Source: Candidatus Omnitrophota bacterium
Lineage (GTDB): Bacteria > Omnitrophota > Gorgyraeia > Zapsychrales > JBAZNR01
Assembly: GCA_041649175.1 (NCBI GenBank)
Contig: JBAZNR010000002.1
Span: 193,766 to 257,765 of the forward strand
Reading direction: 5' to 3'
Length of the DNA stretch: 64,000 bases
Position numbers and translations under genes: made by a program. A model generated the notes under the pieces. The model did no database searches and was not told the origin of the DNA. It saw only the letters and a program-made list of their open reading frames with translations. This document shows, one piece after another, positions 6,991 through 17,665 of the stretch (positions are counted from its first letter, which is position 1; every line of letters begins with the position of its first letter).

Positions 6991-8343
6991 ATGAAGGTCT
7001 TTCTTGAAACCTATGGGTGTCAAATGAACGAGTATGATTCGGAGTTGATTCGTTCCATTCTGACTAAAGCTAATTATTCTTTCGTCAAAACCGAATCGGA
7101 AGCTGATGTGATCATGCTCAATACCTGCGCGGTGCGGGAAAACGCGCATCGAAAAGTTTATGGGCGCATTCATGACATCCGCCACGATTTAAACGGAAAG
7201 ACACCGCTCATTGGCATTTTAGGTTGCATGGCGACAAACTTGCGTAAAGAACTTTTGGAAAGCCGCAATTTAAAGATCGATTTTATCGCCGGGCCGGACA
7301 GCTACAAAAAACTTCCCGATCTTATTCGCGCGGCCGGTGAAACCGGCGACAAGCCGTTTGACCTAACTCTTTCCGAATTTGAAACTTATTCGGACGTTTA
7401 TCCGACGCGTGAAAAAGGTGTTAACGCCTGGATCGCGGTTATGCGCGGATGCAATAATTTCTGCTCATTTTGCGTGGTTCCGTACACACGAGGGCGCGAG
7501 CGAAGCCGAGCGCCCGAAAATGTCCTGTCGGAAGTGCGGCGTTTGGCAGATGAAGGTTTTAAACAAGTCACGCTTTTAGGGCAAAATGTGAACTCTTACA
7601 ATTACGAGGGAAGTGACTTTGCCGACCTTTTGGATAAAGTAAGCACAGTGAAGGGAATTGAGCGCATTCGATTCACCTCGCCGCATCCAAAAGATTTTCC
7701 GGAAAGGCTTTTAAAAGTGGTCGCGCAAAATCCCAAGGTGTGCAAACACATTCATTTTCCGCTTCAGGCCGGCAATGATCGCATTTTGGATATGATGATC
7801 CGCACCTATACAAAAGAAGAATATTTAGGATTAGTGGATAAAATCCGCTCCCTTTGCCCAGACGTCGCGCTCACCACCGATATTATCGTCGGATTTCCGA
7901 CGGAAACCGATAGTGATTTTCAAGATACGGTGGATGTGGTCAAAAAAGTTCAATACGATGCCGCGTTCATTTTTAAATATTCCGTCCGAAAAAACACCAT
8001 CGCCGAGAATAAATATCCGGATGATGTCCCCGATGCCATCAAAGCCGAACGCACCGTTTTACTTAATGATCTGCAAAAAGAGATCTCTTTGATAAAAAAC
8101 CGTTCGTACGTCGGCCAAACCCATTCCATCCTTATCGAAGAAGAAAGAACAACCCGTTCTGACGAGCATTTTCAAGGCCGCACCGACACTAATATTATCG
8201 TTATTATTCCCAAAGGCCCTTATAAGATCGGCGACTTTGTCGATGTGAAAATCACAAGCGCCACACCGCATGTTTTAAAAGGGCAGATATTCAATAACCA
8301 ATCACCAAATCACAATAACCAAATAATTTCCAATATACAATAA
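6991..8343 (+). CDS. miaB: tRNA-2-methylthio-N6-dimethylallyladenosine synthase MiaB (radical SAM methylthiotransferase)
   Basis: UPF0004 N-terminus (MKVFLETYGCQMNEYDSE), the radical SAM motif CNNFCSFCVVPYTRG, and a TRAM domain. The C-terminal NNQSPNHNNQIISNIQ tail is encoded by the repeat element. Confidence 0.9.
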   Translation: MKVFLETYGCQMNEYDSELIRSILTKANYSFVKTESEADVIMLNTCAVRENAHRKVYGRIHDIRHDLNGKTPLIGILGCMATNLRKELLESRNLKIDFIAGPDSYKKLPDLIRAAGETGDKPFDLTLSEFETYSDVYPTREKGVNAWIAVMRGCNNFCSFCVVPYTRGRERSRAPENVLSEVRRLADEGFKQVTLLGQNVNSYNYEGSDFADLLDKVSTVKGIERIRFTSPHPKDFPERLLKVVAQNPKVCKHIHFPLQAGNDRILDMMIRTYTKEEYLGLVDKIRSLCPDVALTTDIIVGFPTETDSDFQDTVDVVKKVQYDAAFIFKYSVRKNTIAENKYPDDVPDAIKAERTVLLNDLQKEISLIKNRSYVGQTHSILIEEERTTRSDEHFQGRTDTNIIVIIPKGPYKIGDFVDVKITSATPHVLKGQIFNNQSPNHNNQIISNIQ

Positions 8344-8430
8344 CCAATGACCAAACAGCATAGAGATTGTTTATTGAAACATTGGTCATTGATTATTATT
8401 TGGAGATTGTAGCTTGGTTATTGGAATTTA
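8290..8430. repeat. AT-rich CCAAT/ACCAA-type palindromic MITE-like repeat, copy A
   Basis: AATAACCAA and CAATGACCAA units with their reverse complements (TTGGTCATTG, TTGGTTATTG) form a long imperfect palindrome. It spans the miaB stop and is related to the copies at 50970 and 53663. Confidence 0.5.
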
Positions 8431-8437
8431 ATTTCAA

Positions 8438-9340
8438 ATGGAAACTTTAAAAAGCAAAATTTTCCACTTCGCCACCCAAACCCTTGGTTTTGACGACTGC
8501 CGATTTACCACACCCGAGCTAAGCGATGCGCTGGTTATCTATAAAGAGTGGCTCGATCACGGCTATCACGGCGAAATGGATTACCTGAAAAAACATTTCA
8601 AATTCAAAGAAAACCCCGAGCTTCTTTTAGGCGGCGTAAAATCCGCCATTGTCCTTATAAAAAATTATAGAAACACCCTTGAGCCTAAAATTAACACGCG
8701 TACAAAACTCGCTCGATACGCCGTTGGGAAAGATTATCATTTTGTCATTGGAGAAAAACTAAAAGAATTGGAAAATTTCATCAAAAATCAAAATGCTGAT
8801 ATAAAATGTTATGCGGGTGTTGACAGCCGCCCTATTGCCGAGCGAAGCCTGGCGCTAAAAGCGGGAATTGGTTTCTTAGGAAAAAATTCCATGGTCATCC
8901 GCCCCGGGCTTGGTTCATATTTTTTTATCGGTGTTGTTTTAACGACACACACCTTCGAACCTGATGACGTTTTAAAATGGGATTGTGGCAGCTGCCGGCT
9001 TTGCATTGACGCCTGCCCGACGCAGGCGATCAATAATGATTCAACGCTGAATGCGGTTAAATGCATCAGTTATCAAACGATCGAGCGAAAAGATCCTCTT
9101 AGCGCGGATGAAATAAAACAGGCAAAGGGTTGGCTTTTCGGCTGTGATATTTGCCAGGAAGTTTGTCCATACAATACCACGGCGCCTTTAACAAATTGGA
9201 AAGAATTTTTACCGGAATCAGGAATAGGATTTGATTTCTTCGAAAAAAGAAAATTAGAAATAATTCCAAAGGATTCCGCCGTTTATCGCTCCCGCGCGCG
9301 GATCATACAAAATCATAAATTAGCCAATGAACTTATTTAA
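8438..9340 (+). CDS. queG: epoxyqueuosine reductase QueG
   Basis: Two 4Fe-4S ferredoxin motifs ([12 protein letters not shown] and [11 protein letters not shown]), a cobalamin-dependent reductase-type N-terminus, and about 300 aa. Confidence 0.8.
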   Translation: METLKSKIFHFATQTLGFDDCRFTTPELSDALVIYKEWLDHGYHGEMDYLKKHFKFKENPELLLGGVKSAIVLIKNYRNTLEPKINTRTKLARYAVGKDYHFVIGEKLKELENFIKNQNADIKCYAGVDSRPIAERSLALKAGIGFLGKNSMVIRPGLGSYFFIGVVLTTHTFEPDDVLKWDCGSCRLCIDACPTQAINNDSTLNAVKCISYQTIERKDPLSADEIKQAKGWLFGCDICQEVCPYNTTAPLTNWKEFLPESGIGFDFFEKRKLEIIPKDSAVYRSRARIIQNHKLANELI

Positions 9341-12300
9341 TTTCTTCCGGAAAAGTGTGCAAAATAAAACAGAGCAAGTCTTGCGAGAACTGCTCTCAAA
9401 GCGCATCTTAGTTTTAGACGGCGCCATGGGAACCATGATCCAGGAGCACAAGCTCACCGAAAAAGATTTCCGTTCAAAACGCTTTAGCGATCATCCCTGT
9501 GACGTAAAAGGGAACAATGACCTTTTGACCTTGACCCAGCCGCGCATTATCAAAGAGATCCACGAGAAATATCTGGAAGCCGGCGCCGACATCATCGAAA
9601 CCAATACATTCAACAGCAATCTTTTTTCCATGTCGGATTACCAAATGGAATCCTTGGTTTACGAGCTAAATTTCGCCGGCGCGAAACTTGCGAAAGAAGC
9701 CGCCGTAAGTTTTTCCAGAAAGAATTCTAAAAAACCACGTTTTGTTGCGGGCGCTATCGGGCCGACCAATAAAACCGCGTCACTCTCGCCGGATGTCAAT
9801 AATCCGGGATTTCGCGCCGTTACTTTTGACCAATTAGTTGCCGCTTACGCCGAACAAATTCGCGGGCTCATAGAGGGCGGTGTTGATCTTTTATTGGTGG
9901 AAACAGTTTTTGACACGCTTAATTGCAAGGCGGCGCTTTTTGCCATTGAAGATTATTTTGAAAAAATAGGCCGCCGAATTCCGGTGATGGTTTCGGTGAC
10001 GATTACCGACGCGTCGGGGCGGACACTTTCCGGGCAAACGGCGGAAGCGTTTTGGATCTCCATTGCTCACGTTAGGCCATTTTCCGTCGGGCTCAACTGT
10101 GCCTTAGGCGCACCCGAAATGAAACCTTACTTAGAAGATTTGTCTCGAAATGCTGATGTTTTCATCAGCTGCTATCCTAATGCAGGGCTTCCTAACGCGT
10201 TCGGACAATACGATCATACGCCGGAATTCATGGCGCAAGTTTTAGGAAATTTTGCTAAGCAAAAATTATTGAATATCATCGGTGGCTGTTGCGGAACAAC
10301 GCCTCGCCATATTCACGCGATCGCTCGCGCGGTTGAACATATAGAACCGCGGCCGATCCCTTCCGTCGAGAAATATTCTCGTCTAAGCGGGCTGGAGCCT
10401 TTGGTTATTCGCCCGGAAACAAATTTTGTTAATGTTGGAGAGCGCACCAATGTCACCGGATCTCCAAAATTCGCCAAGCTCATCAAAGACGGGAATTTTG
10501 ATGAAGCGCTGTCTATCGCGCGCCAACAAGTCGAAAACGGCGCGCAGATCATCGACATCAATATGGACGAAGCGCTTTTAGATTCTGAAAAGTCCATTAC
10601 GACTTTTCTGCATTTGATCGCCGCCGAACCGGATATCGCGCGCGTTCCTATTATGATCGATTCATCCAAATGGTCGGTCATCGAAGCCGGATTAAAATGT
10701 ATTCAAGGAAAAGGGGTTGTCAATTCCATTAGCCTTAAAGAAGGCGAAGAAGTTTTTAAAAACCAAGCTCGGCTTCTTAAGCGTTTTGGCGCCATGGCCG
10801 TTGTTATGGCGTTTGACGAACGAGGGCAAGCGGACAGCGCCGAGCGAAAGATCGAAGTCTGCAAACGCTCTTATGACATCCTCACAAAAGAGATCCATTT
10901 TCCTCCGGAAGATATTATTTTCGACCCGAATATTTTAACCATCGCCACCGGCATGGAAGAGCACAATAATTACGCCGTTGACTTCATTGAAACGATCAAG
11001 CAAATTAAATCAGGCTTACCACACGCGCTGGTGAGCGGCGGGGTCAGCAACATCTCATTTTCTTTTCGCGGTAATGATACAGCACGAGAAGCCATGCACG
11101 CAGCGTTTCTTTATCACGCCATTAAAGCCGGGCTTGATATGGGCATTGTCAACGCCGGAAAGATCGCCATTTATGAAGAAATTCCCAAAGACCTTTTAAA
11201 ACTGGTTGAAGATGTTTTATTTAACCGCGATCCCGACGCGACCCAACGCTTGATTGATTTTGCCGAAACGGTCAAGAAAACCGGTATGACCATTGCCGTC
11301 GAAGACAAAAAATGGCGGAAAACCAGCGTCGAAGAGCGGCTATCTCACGCTCTGGTCAACGGCATCGTTGATTTCATTGATGAAGATACAGAGGAAGCGC
11401 GGCAAAAACTGGGCAAACCATTAAACGTTATTGAAGGCCCGCTGATGGCGGGAATGAATATCGTAGGCGACTTATTCGGTTCCGGAAAGATGTTTTTGCC
11501 TCAAGTTGTCAAAAGCGCGCGCGTTATGAAAAAATCCGTTGCTTATTTAACGCCGTTTATGGAAAAAGAACGCGCCAAGGGCGTTACCGGACATCAATAC
11601 GCCGGAACAATTCTTTTAGCGACGGTCAAAGGCGATGTTCATGATATTGGAAAAAATATCGTCGGTGTTGTTTTAGCCTGTAATAACTACAAGATCATTG
11701 ACCTCGGCGTTATGACGCCCGCTTCAAAAATCTTAAAAATCGCGCGAGAAGAAAAGGTTGATCTGATCGGATTGAGCGGGCTTATTACGCCATCATTAGA
11801 AGAAATGGTCCACGTAGCGCAAGAATTATCCCGTGAAGGTTTTTCGGTCCCGCTTTTGATCGGCGGTGCGACAACGTCGAAAATGCACACCGCCGTTAAA
11901 ATAACTCCGGAATATAAACCGGGCGTTGTGCATGTTTTAGACGCTTCCCGAAGCGTGGGTGTTGCCGGGCAGCTTTTAGGCAAGCAAACAAAAGAAAAAT
12001 TCTTGAACGATACAAAAGCCGAATACGATTCTTTACGTTTGCATTATTTAGGGCAAAAGAAAGAAACCGCGCTTTTATCCATTGAAGAAGCCCGCAACCG
12101 AAAACTGCCATTTGATTGGAAAAAATATCAGCCCGTCAAGCCGGCATTTTTCGGCAATAAAGCATTTGCGGGATTTTCTTTGGAAGAGATCGTCAAGCAC
12201 ATTGACTGGTCTCCTTTTTTTCTAACTTGGGAAATGAAGGGAACGTACCCAAAGATCTTTGATGACCCTAAGATCGGCAAAGAGTCTCGAAAACTTTTTT

Positions 12301-13052
12301 CGGACGCGCAAAAACTTCTTCAAAAGATCATTAAAGAAAAACTCTTAACCGCGAACGCCGTCATTGGTTTTTATCCGGCTAATGCCATCCACGATGACAT
12401 CGAGTTATATTCGGATGACCATCGCACAAAGCCTATCGCTGTTCTTCATACTTTGCGGCAACAATCCGAAAAAACATCGCGCCAGCCAAATTTCGCGCTT
12501 GCCGATTTTATTGCGCCTAAGGAATCAGGAATAAAAGATTATATCGGCTGTTTCGCCGTTACAACCGGCATTGATCTAGAAAAGCTTGTCGCAACATTCG
12601 AGAAAGAACATGACGATTACTATAGCATTATGGCAAAGGCTTTGGCCGATCGGTTAGCGGAAGCGTTTGCGGAACATATCCACGCTTTAACGCGAAAAGA
12701 CCTTTGGGGCTATGCCCGTGACGAAAAATTAACCGATGAAGAAATTATCAAAGAGAAATATCAAGGAATTCGCCCGGCACCGGGTTATCCGGCTTGCCCG
12801 GATCACACAGAAAAACAAATAATTTTTGATTTACTTGAAGCTCCTCAGGCAACAGGGATGAAACTGACCGAAAGTTTTGCCATGCTTCCGGCGGCTTCTG
12901 TGTGCGGATTGTATTTTTCACATCCCGAAGCAAAGTATTTCGGCGTTGGGAAGATCGGCAAAGACCAGGTGCTTGACTATGCCAAGCGCAAAGGAATGAG
13001 CCTTAAGGTAATTGAAAAGTGGCTATCGCCCAATTTGGGATACACCTCGTAA
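9327..13052 (+). CDS. metH: cobalamin-dependent methionine synthase MetH
   Basis: 1241 aa with the full domain set: homocysteine S-methyltransferase, pterin-binding, a B12-binding motif ([10 protein letters not shown]) and the AdoMet reactivation domain. Confidence 0.95.
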   Translation: MNLFNFFRKSVQNKTEQVLRELLSKRILVLDGAMGTMIQEHKLTEKDFRSKRFSDHPCDVKGNNDLLTLTQPRIIKEIHEKYLEAGADIIETNTFNSNLFSMSDYQMESLVYELNFAGAKLAKEAAVSFSRKNSKKPRFVAGAIGPTNKTASLSPDVNNPGFRAVTFDQLVAAYAEQIRGLIEGGVDLLLVETVFDTLNCKAALFAIEDYFEKIGRRIPVMVSVTITDASGRTLSGQTAEAFWISIAHVRPFSVGLNCALGAPEMKPYLEDLSRNADVFISCYPNAGLPNAFGQYDHTPEFMAQVLGNFAKQKLLNIIGGCCGTTPRHIHAIARAVEHIEPRPIPSVEKYSRLSGLEPLVIRPETNFVNVGERTNVTGSPKFAKLIKDGNFDEALSIARQQVENGAQIIDINMDEALLDSEKSITTFLHLIAAEPDIARVPIMIDSSKWSVIEAGLKCIQGKGVVNSISLKEGEEVFKNQARLLKRFGAMAVVMAFDERGQADSAERKIEVCKRSYDILTKEIHFPPEDIIFDPNILTIATGMEEHNNYAVDFIETIKQIKSGLPHALVSGGVSNISFSFRGNDTAREAMHAAFLYHAIKAGLDMGIVNAGKIAIYEEIPKDLLKLVEDVLFNRDPDATQRLIDFAETVKKTGMTIAVEDKKWRKTSVEERLSHALVNGIVDFIDEDTEEARQKLGKPLNVIEGPLMAGMNIVGDLFGSGKMFLPQVVKSARVMKKSVAYLTPFMEKERAKGVTGHQYAGTILLATVKGDVHDIGKNIVGVVLACNNYKIIDLGVMTPASKILKIAREEKVDLIGLSGLITPSLEEMVHVAQELSREGFSVPLLIGGATTSKMHTAVKITPEYKPGVVHVLDASRSVGVAGQLLGKQTKEKFLNDTKAEYDSLRLHYLGQKKETALLSIEEARNRKLPFDWKKYQPVKPAFFGNKAFAGFSLEEIVKHIDWSPFFLTWEMKGTYPKIFDDPKIGKESRKLFSDAQKLLQKIIKEKLLTANAVIGFYPANAIHDDIELYSDDHRTKPIAVLHTLRQQSEKTSRQPNFALADFIAPKESGIKDYIGCFAVTTGIDLEKLVATFEKEHDDYYSIMAKALADRLAEAFAEHIHALTRKDLWGYARDEKLTDEEIIKEKYQGIRPAPGYPACPDHTEKQIIFDLLEAPQATGMKLTESFAMLPAASVCGLYFSHPEAKYFGVGKIGKDQVLDYAKRKGMSLKVIEKWLSPNLGYTS

Positions 13053-13070
13053 TAACAAACTTACGGCCAT

Positions 13071-13099
13071 TTGACATCCATAAACGCCTGTGATATTAT
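13071..13099 (+). promoter_or_regulatory. sigma70-like promoter for metX-metW
   Basis: TTGACA at 13071-13076, a 17-nt spacer, and TATTAT at 13094-13099, about 40 nt before the metX start. Confidence 0.5.
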
Positions 13100-13137
13100 T
13101 CCTCGTATTTCATTATTTCCGACGAAAGTAAAAAACA

Positions 13138-14304
13138 ATGAGCGCAAAACCAAACATTAAATCCACAGCCGAAAATTCGATCGGGCCGGTCGAAACCAAA
13201 TTCTACACCTTTGCCCAGCCGCCTCATGAATTTCCTTTGGAAAGCGGAGCAAGTTTAGGGCCCATTACACTCGCTTACGAAACTTATGGCACGCTTAATA
13301 AAGACAAATCTAACGCCATCATCATTTTTCATACCCTGACGATGGATGCCCATGCCGCCGGAACAAGCAAAGACGACAAGAAACCCGGCTGGTGGGACCC
13401 GATGATCGGACCCGGAAAAGCCTTTGACACAAATAAATATTTTATGATCAGCGTCAATGTCTTGGGTGGATGCAAGGGATCGACCGGCCCATCTTCAATA
13501 GATCCAAAAACCGGCAAACCTTATGGATTGAATTTTCCGGTCATCACCATTAAAGATATGGTGGAAACGCAAAGAATTTTGATCCGAGAGCATTTGGGGA
13601 TCAAAAAGATCCTTTGTTTGGCAGGAGGCTCTATGGGCGGGCTTCAAGCGCTTCAATGGGGTGTCAGCTATCCGGATGAAATTGCTTCCGTTATTGCGAT
13701 CGCCGCCAATGCCCGTCAGACGGCTCAACAGATCGCTTTGCACGAAGTCGGCCGGCAAGCCATCATGAAAGATCCAGACTGGCAAGGGGGAAACTACTAC
13801 GGAAAAACTATTCCAGGCCGCGGGCTTGGCATCGCGCGCATGATGGGGCATATTACCTACATGAGCGATAAAAGCATGGAAGAAAAATTCGGACGAAAAC
13901 TTTTCTCGAAGGAAAAATTCGGATACGATTTTTCCCATGAATTTGAAGTCGAAAATTACTTGAAGTATCGAAGCGACAGCTTTATTCAACGCTTTGATGC
14001 CAACTCATATCTTTATATCTCAAAGGCCTTGGATTATTTCGACCTTGCTCCCGATGGAGATTTGGCAAAAGCATTTCGTAATATCAAGGCAAGCTTCTTG
14101 GTCATTGCCTTTACATCTGATTGGCTTTATCCGCCTTACCAATCCAAGGATATGGTCAAGGCTCTTAAAACCAACGATATCGATGTTTCTTATTGTGAAG
14201 TCGAATCTGATTATGGCCACGACGCGTTTTTAGTCGAGGTTGACGGACAATCACGTTTGATCGAACACTATTTAAAACGAATTCAAAAAGAGATCAGTCG
14301 ATGA
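13138..14304 (+). CDS. metX: homoserine O-acetyltransferase MetX
   Basis: Alpha/beta hydrolase with the nucleophile motif GGSMGG; 388 aa; followed by metW. Confidence 0.9.
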   Translation: MSAKPNIKSTAENSIGPVETKFYTFAQPPHEFPLESGASLGPITLAYETYGTLNKDKSNAIIIFHTLTMDAHAAGTSKDDKKPGWWDPMIGPGKAFDTNKYFMISVNVLGGCKGSTGPSSIDPKTGKPYGLNFPVITIKDMVETQRILIREHLGIKKILCLAGGSMGGLQALQWGVSYPDEIASVIAIAANARQTAQQIALHEVGRQAIMKDPDWQGGNYYGKTIPGRGLGIARMMGHITYMSDKSMEEKFGRKLFSKEKFGYDFSHEFEVENYLKYRSDSFIQRFDANSYLYISKALDYFDLAPDGDLAKAFRNIKASFLVIAFTSDWLYPPYQSKDMVKALKTNDIDVSYCEVESDYGHDAFLVEVDGQSRLIEHYLKRIQKEISR

Positions 14305-14906
14305 CAGAACCCGAAATAAAAAAAGTCCGAATTGACCATAAGGTTATCTTAAGCCTTATTGAACCAAATTCCCGCGTCTTGGACCTAGGTTGCGGCGACG
14401 GGGAACTGCTATCTCTTTTGATCCAGGAAAAAGGATGCAAGGCGACCGGAATTGAAATCGACGAAAAGGCTGTCTACAAATGCATGGAGCGGGGATTGAC
14501 CATTTCTCACGGCGACATTGATTCGGAGCTGGTCGATTACGCAACCAAACGTTTTGATTACGTCATCCTAAACGAAAGCTTACAGCAGGTTTTGCACCCG
14601 CAAAAAGTTATTTTTGAATCTTTGCGTGTTGGAAAGAAAGTTATTGTCGGTATTCCGAACTTTTGTCAAGTAAACGCGCGCTTTCAGCTTTTTTTTCGCG
14701 GACAAGTTCCTATTACAAAAGAACTGCCTTATGAATGGTACGATACGCCGAACTTGCGTTTCTTAAGCCTTAAGGATTTTCGCCGGTTTTGCCGCGTTAA
14801 CAGCATTCAAATCGTGAACGAGCGCCCCATTGGGCTCACAAGCGAGATCAGCATCCTGCCGAATCTTTTCGCCCGCGTCGGTATTTACCTTCTTGAAAAA
14901 GCCTAA
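14301..14906 (+). CDS. metW: methionine biosynthesis protein MetW
   Basis: About 200 aa methyltransferase-like ([11 protein letters not shown]). Its start overlaps the metX stop by 4 nt (ATGA), the typical metXW arrangement. Confidence 0.85.
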   Translation: MTEPEIKKVRIDHKVILSLIEPNSRVLDLGCGDGELLSLLIQEKGCKATGIEIDEKAVYKCMERGLTISHGDIDSELVDYATKRFDYVILNESLQQVLHPQKVIFESLRVGKKVIVGIPNFCQVNARFQLFFRGQVPITKELPYEWYDTPNLRFLSLKDFRRFCRVNSIQIVNERPIGLTSEISILPNLFARVGIYLLEKA

Positions 14907-14907
14907 G

Positions 14908-15450
14908 ATGACCCAATCAAAAGAAATCCGCATCGGAGTCTTAACCATATCCGACCGAGCCAGCCGGGGAATTTACAAAGATATTTCCGGGCAAGAGATC
15001 ATTCGACTGCTTAAGGGCTATTTAACAAATCCGTGGACACCCGTCTATAAGGTCATTGCCGATGAACAAAAGCTCATCACAAAAACACTTTGCCAAATGT
15101 CAGACAAACTTGGATGTTGTTTGATCCTAACGACCGGCGGAACGGGACCGGCGCCGCGCGATGTGACGCCGGAGGCAACACAAAAAGCATGTAAAAAAAT
15201 TCTGCCCGGCTTTGGAGAGCTGATGCGCGCCGTATCGTTAAAATATGTTCCGACGGCAATTTTGTCGCGCCAGACGGCAGGCATTCGCAATAAAACACTT
15301 ATTATTAATCTTCCCGGAAAACCTAGATCAATAGAGCAATGTTTAGAGGCTGTTTTTCCGGCTGTTCCATATTGCATTGACCTGGTCGGTGGGCCCTATT
15401 TAACTGTTAACGAGCGCAAAATAAAAGCCTTTCGCCCAAAACCATCATGA
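14908..15450 (+). CDS. mogA: molybdopterin adenylyltransferase MogA
   Basis: Start reassigned to ATG 14908, just after the metW stop. IGVLTISDRAS...GGTGP..RDVTPEAT...PGFGE is near-collinear with E. coli MogA. Confidence 0.85.
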   Translation: MTQSKEIRIGVLTISDRASRGIYKDISGQEIIRLLKGYLTNPWTPVYKVIADEQKLITKTLCQMSDKLGCCLILTTGGTGPAPRDVTPEATQKACKKILPGFGELMRAVSLKYVPTAILSRQTAGIRNKTLIINLPGKPRSIEQCLEAVFPAVPYCIDLVGGPYLTVNERKIKAFRPKPS

Positions 15451-16646
15451 ATAAAAAATACGACTACATCATTATTGGTGCCGGAATCGTTGGGCTTACG
15501 ATCGCTTACGCCCTGAAGAAGAAAAATCCTTCAAACGATATCCTCGTCATTGAAAAAGAACCGGCAATCGCCCGGCATGCTTCGGGGCGAAATAGCGGGG
15601 TTCTTCACGCCGGATTTTATTACACCGCCGATTCGCTTAAAGCGCGCTTTACCATTCTTGGTAACCGCGCCATGAAAGAATATTGCCGCAGTAAAAATAT
15701 CCCTATAAATGAGTGCGGTAAGTTGGTGGTCGCGCAAAACGAAGCAGAACTTGAACAGCTTTACGAATTAGAACGCCGCGGGATAAAAAATGGTTCTTCT
15801 GTCCGCCTTATCGAAAGCGCGAAGGCTGAAGAAATCGAACCCAATATCCACACATTTAGAAAAGCACTGCATTCGCCGCTCACCGCAAGCGTTGACCCAA
15901 AAGAAGTTTGTCGATCCCTGCAAGCGGATCTTCAAAACATGCAAGTTCAGTTTTCTTTTAATGCCGGGTATTTATCCAGAAAAGGCAACACCATTCAAAC
16001 CAACCAGGGCGATTTCTCGGCGGAAAAGATCATTAATTGCGCCGGACTTTATGCCGACAAGATCGCGCATGATTTTGGATTTGGAAAGCAATACACCATT
16101 GTTCCTTTCAAGGGAATATATTTAGAATACAGCAAGAACAAAACCGACATAAAGACAAATATTTACCCGGTCCCGAATTTAAAAAATCCATTTTTGGGCG
16201 TTCATTTCACAAAAACCTCAACCGGAAAAATTAAGATCGGCCCCACCGCAATCCCCGCCTTTTGGAGAGAAAATTATGGCGGAGTTGAAAACTTCAAATT
16301 GAGTGAATTGTTTTCGATCGGGTTCCACGAAGCAAAACTTTTTCTGACGAATTCCTTCGGATTTCGGAATCTCGCGTTTGATGAGATCAAGAAATATAAC
16401 AGGGGGCATTTCATCCAGCTAGCAACCTCTCTGGTAAAGGATATTGACCCAAAAGGTTTTGGCCAATTTTTGGCTCCCGGCATTCGCGCGCAACTTTTAC
16501 ACAAAAAAACCCTCAAACTTCTTCAAGATTTTGTTGTGGAGAGTGACGGCTCAAGCGTTCATGTTCTTAACGCTGTTTCTCCCGCGTTTACCTGCGCTTT
16601 TCCGTTTGCCGATTTCGTCGTCAAGAACCACATTGACCCTTCCTAA
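15447..16646 (+). CDS. lhgO: FAD-dependent L-2-hydroxyglutarate oxidase/dehydrogenase family (LhgO-like)
   Basis: DYIIIGAGIVG is an FAD motif, and HASGRNSGVLHAGFYYTADSLKARF resembles E. coli LhgO (YgaF). Confidence 0.65.
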   Translation: MNKKYDYIIIGAGIVGLTIAYALKKKNPSNDILVIEKEPAIARHASGRNSGVLHAGFYYTADSLKARFTILGNRAMKEYCRSKNIPINECGKLVVAQNEAELEQLYELERRGIKNGSSVRLIESAKAEEIEPNIHTFRKALHSPLTASVDPKEVCRSLQADLQNMQVQFSFNAGYLSRKGNTIQTNQGDFSAEKIINCAGLYADKIAHDFGFGKQYTIVPFKGIYLEYSKNKTDIKTNIYPVPNLKNPFLGVHFTKTSTGKIKIGPTAIPAFWRENYGGVENFKLSELFSIGFHEAKLFLTNSFGFRNLAFDEIKKYNRGHFIQLATSLVKDIDPKGFGQFLAPGIRAQLLHKKTLKLLQDFVVESDGSSVHVLNAVSPAFTCAFPFADFVVKNHIDPS

Positions 16647-16657
16647 AAGAGCTTGAA

Positions 16658-16708
16658 AAATACTTCAAAGTCGTGTAAAGTTTAAATAAGTCGTCTTACG
16701 AAGTATTT
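16658..16708. promoter_or_regulatory. inverted repeat AAATACTTC-N33-GAAGTATTT abutting the nfu promoter -35
   Basis: Perfect 9-bp arms at 16658-16666 and 16700-16708. The right arm ends 2 nt before the TTGACA. Confidence 0.35.
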
Positions 16709-16709
16709 C

Positions 16710-16737
16710 TTGACATTCCACTCATTTTCAGTAAAAT
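16710..16737 (+). promoter_or_regulatory. sigma70-like promoter for nfu
   Basis: TTGACA at 16710-16715, a 16-nt spacer, and TAAAAT at 16732-16737. Confidence 0.45.
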
Positions 16738-16763
16738 ACCCTCACAATAAAAAGGAGTCTTCT

Positions 16764-17312
16764 ATGGACATACAAATTCATGTGCAAAGTACGCCAAATC
16801 CAAACGCGCTTAAGTTCATTCTAAATACGCCGGTAAAAACCGAAGGGAAAGCCGCTTACAAAACGGCCGAAGAGTGCCACGCCAATCCTTTGGCGCGCTA
16901 TCTATTCGCTATCCCAAATGTTTCAGAGGTTTACTTCTTTGATAATGTTATTACCGTTACGCAGGATGGCAATGCCGATTGGGACGGTCTAGAACTGCAG
17001 GTAAAAAATACGATCTTGGAAAAGATCTCAGAACATAATCCAAATTTTACCGTTGATTCCGAGAAAAAAAAACCAGCCCCAACCTCACCGGATCTTGTTA
17101 AGATCGAAGAGATCTTGGATCGGACCATACGCCCGGCTCTTCAAGGTGACGGCGGTGATCTACAGGTTATGGGCTTAGAGGGAAACGTTTTGACCGTTAA
17201 CTATCAGGGAGCCTGCGGTTCTTGCCCTAGCTCTACAATGGGAACGCTCAAGGCCATCGAAGGAATTCTGCGCGAAGAATTCAAGCCGGATCTGGTTGTT
17301 CAGGCTGTATAA
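16764..17312 (+). CDS. Nfu/NifU-family Fe-S cluster scaffold protein
   Basis: Start reassigned to ATG 16764, with AGGAG 6 nt upstream. An Nfu N-terminal domain plus a C-terminal NifU-like domain with CGSCPSS. Confidence 0.75.
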   Translation: MDIQIHVQSTPNPNALKFILNTPVKTEGKAAYKTAEECHANPLARYLFAIPNVSEVYFFDNVITVTQDGNADWDGLELQVKNTILEKISEHNPNFTVDSEKKKPAPTSPDLVKIEEILDRTIRPALQGDGGDLQVMGLEGNVLTVNYQGACGSCPSSTMGTLKAIEGILREEFKPDLVVQAV

Positions 17313-17315
17313 CCC

Positions 17316-17657
17316 ATGGACACATCCGATCTGATCCAAAAAAAGTGCCAGCCTTGCGAAGGAAAGGCAAGCGCCTTTGATACAAACAAAGCCGCTCAAT
17401 ATCTTCCGGCAATTATCGGATGGCAACTGCGCGAGGACGGAAAAACGATTTACCGGGATTTTCAAATGAAGAATTTCTTAGATGCCGTTGATTTGATCAA
17501 TGACATCGCTGAACTGGCAGAAGCTGAAAATCATCACCCTGATCTGCATTTGACCGGTTATCGAAAACTTTGCGTGGAGTTGAGCACGCACGCCATAAAG
17601 GGATTATCCGAGAACGATTTTATTTTAGCCGCAAAAATAAACAAGCTGCTACCCTAA
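17316..17657 (+). CDS. phhB: pterin-4-alpha-carbinolamine dehydratase (PCD/DCoH)
   Basis: 113 aa with the signature EAENHHPDL. Confidence 0.75.
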   Translation: MDTSDLIQKKCQPCEGKASAFDTNKAAQYLPAIIGWQLREDGKTIYRDFQMKNFLDAVDLINDIAELAEAENHHPDLHLTGYRKLCVELSTHAIKGLSENDFILAAKINKLLP

Positions 17658-17665
17658 GGAGAAAA

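Noticed and set aside
10313-10681. Antisense ORFs within metH (10313-10681, 10692-10898, 11687-11983, 11896-12111 and others)
   Set aside because: Embedded in the strongly supported 1241-aa metH reading frame, with no RBS and composition-biased translations.
13495-13989. 164-aa antisense ORF inside metX
   Set aside because: Opposite strand of a clear alpha/beta-hydrolase gene, with no independent support.
14830-14907. N-terminal extension of the mogA ORF overlapping metW
   Set aside because: An alternative-start artefact. ATG 14908 sits immediately after the metW stop and matches the MogA N-terminus.
17570-17665. N-terminal extension of the Rrf2 regulator ORF overlapping the PCD gene
   Set aside because: ATG 17666 has an AAGGAG RBS and gives a canonical Rrf2 N-terminus. 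The upstream part overlaps the PCD gene in another frame.
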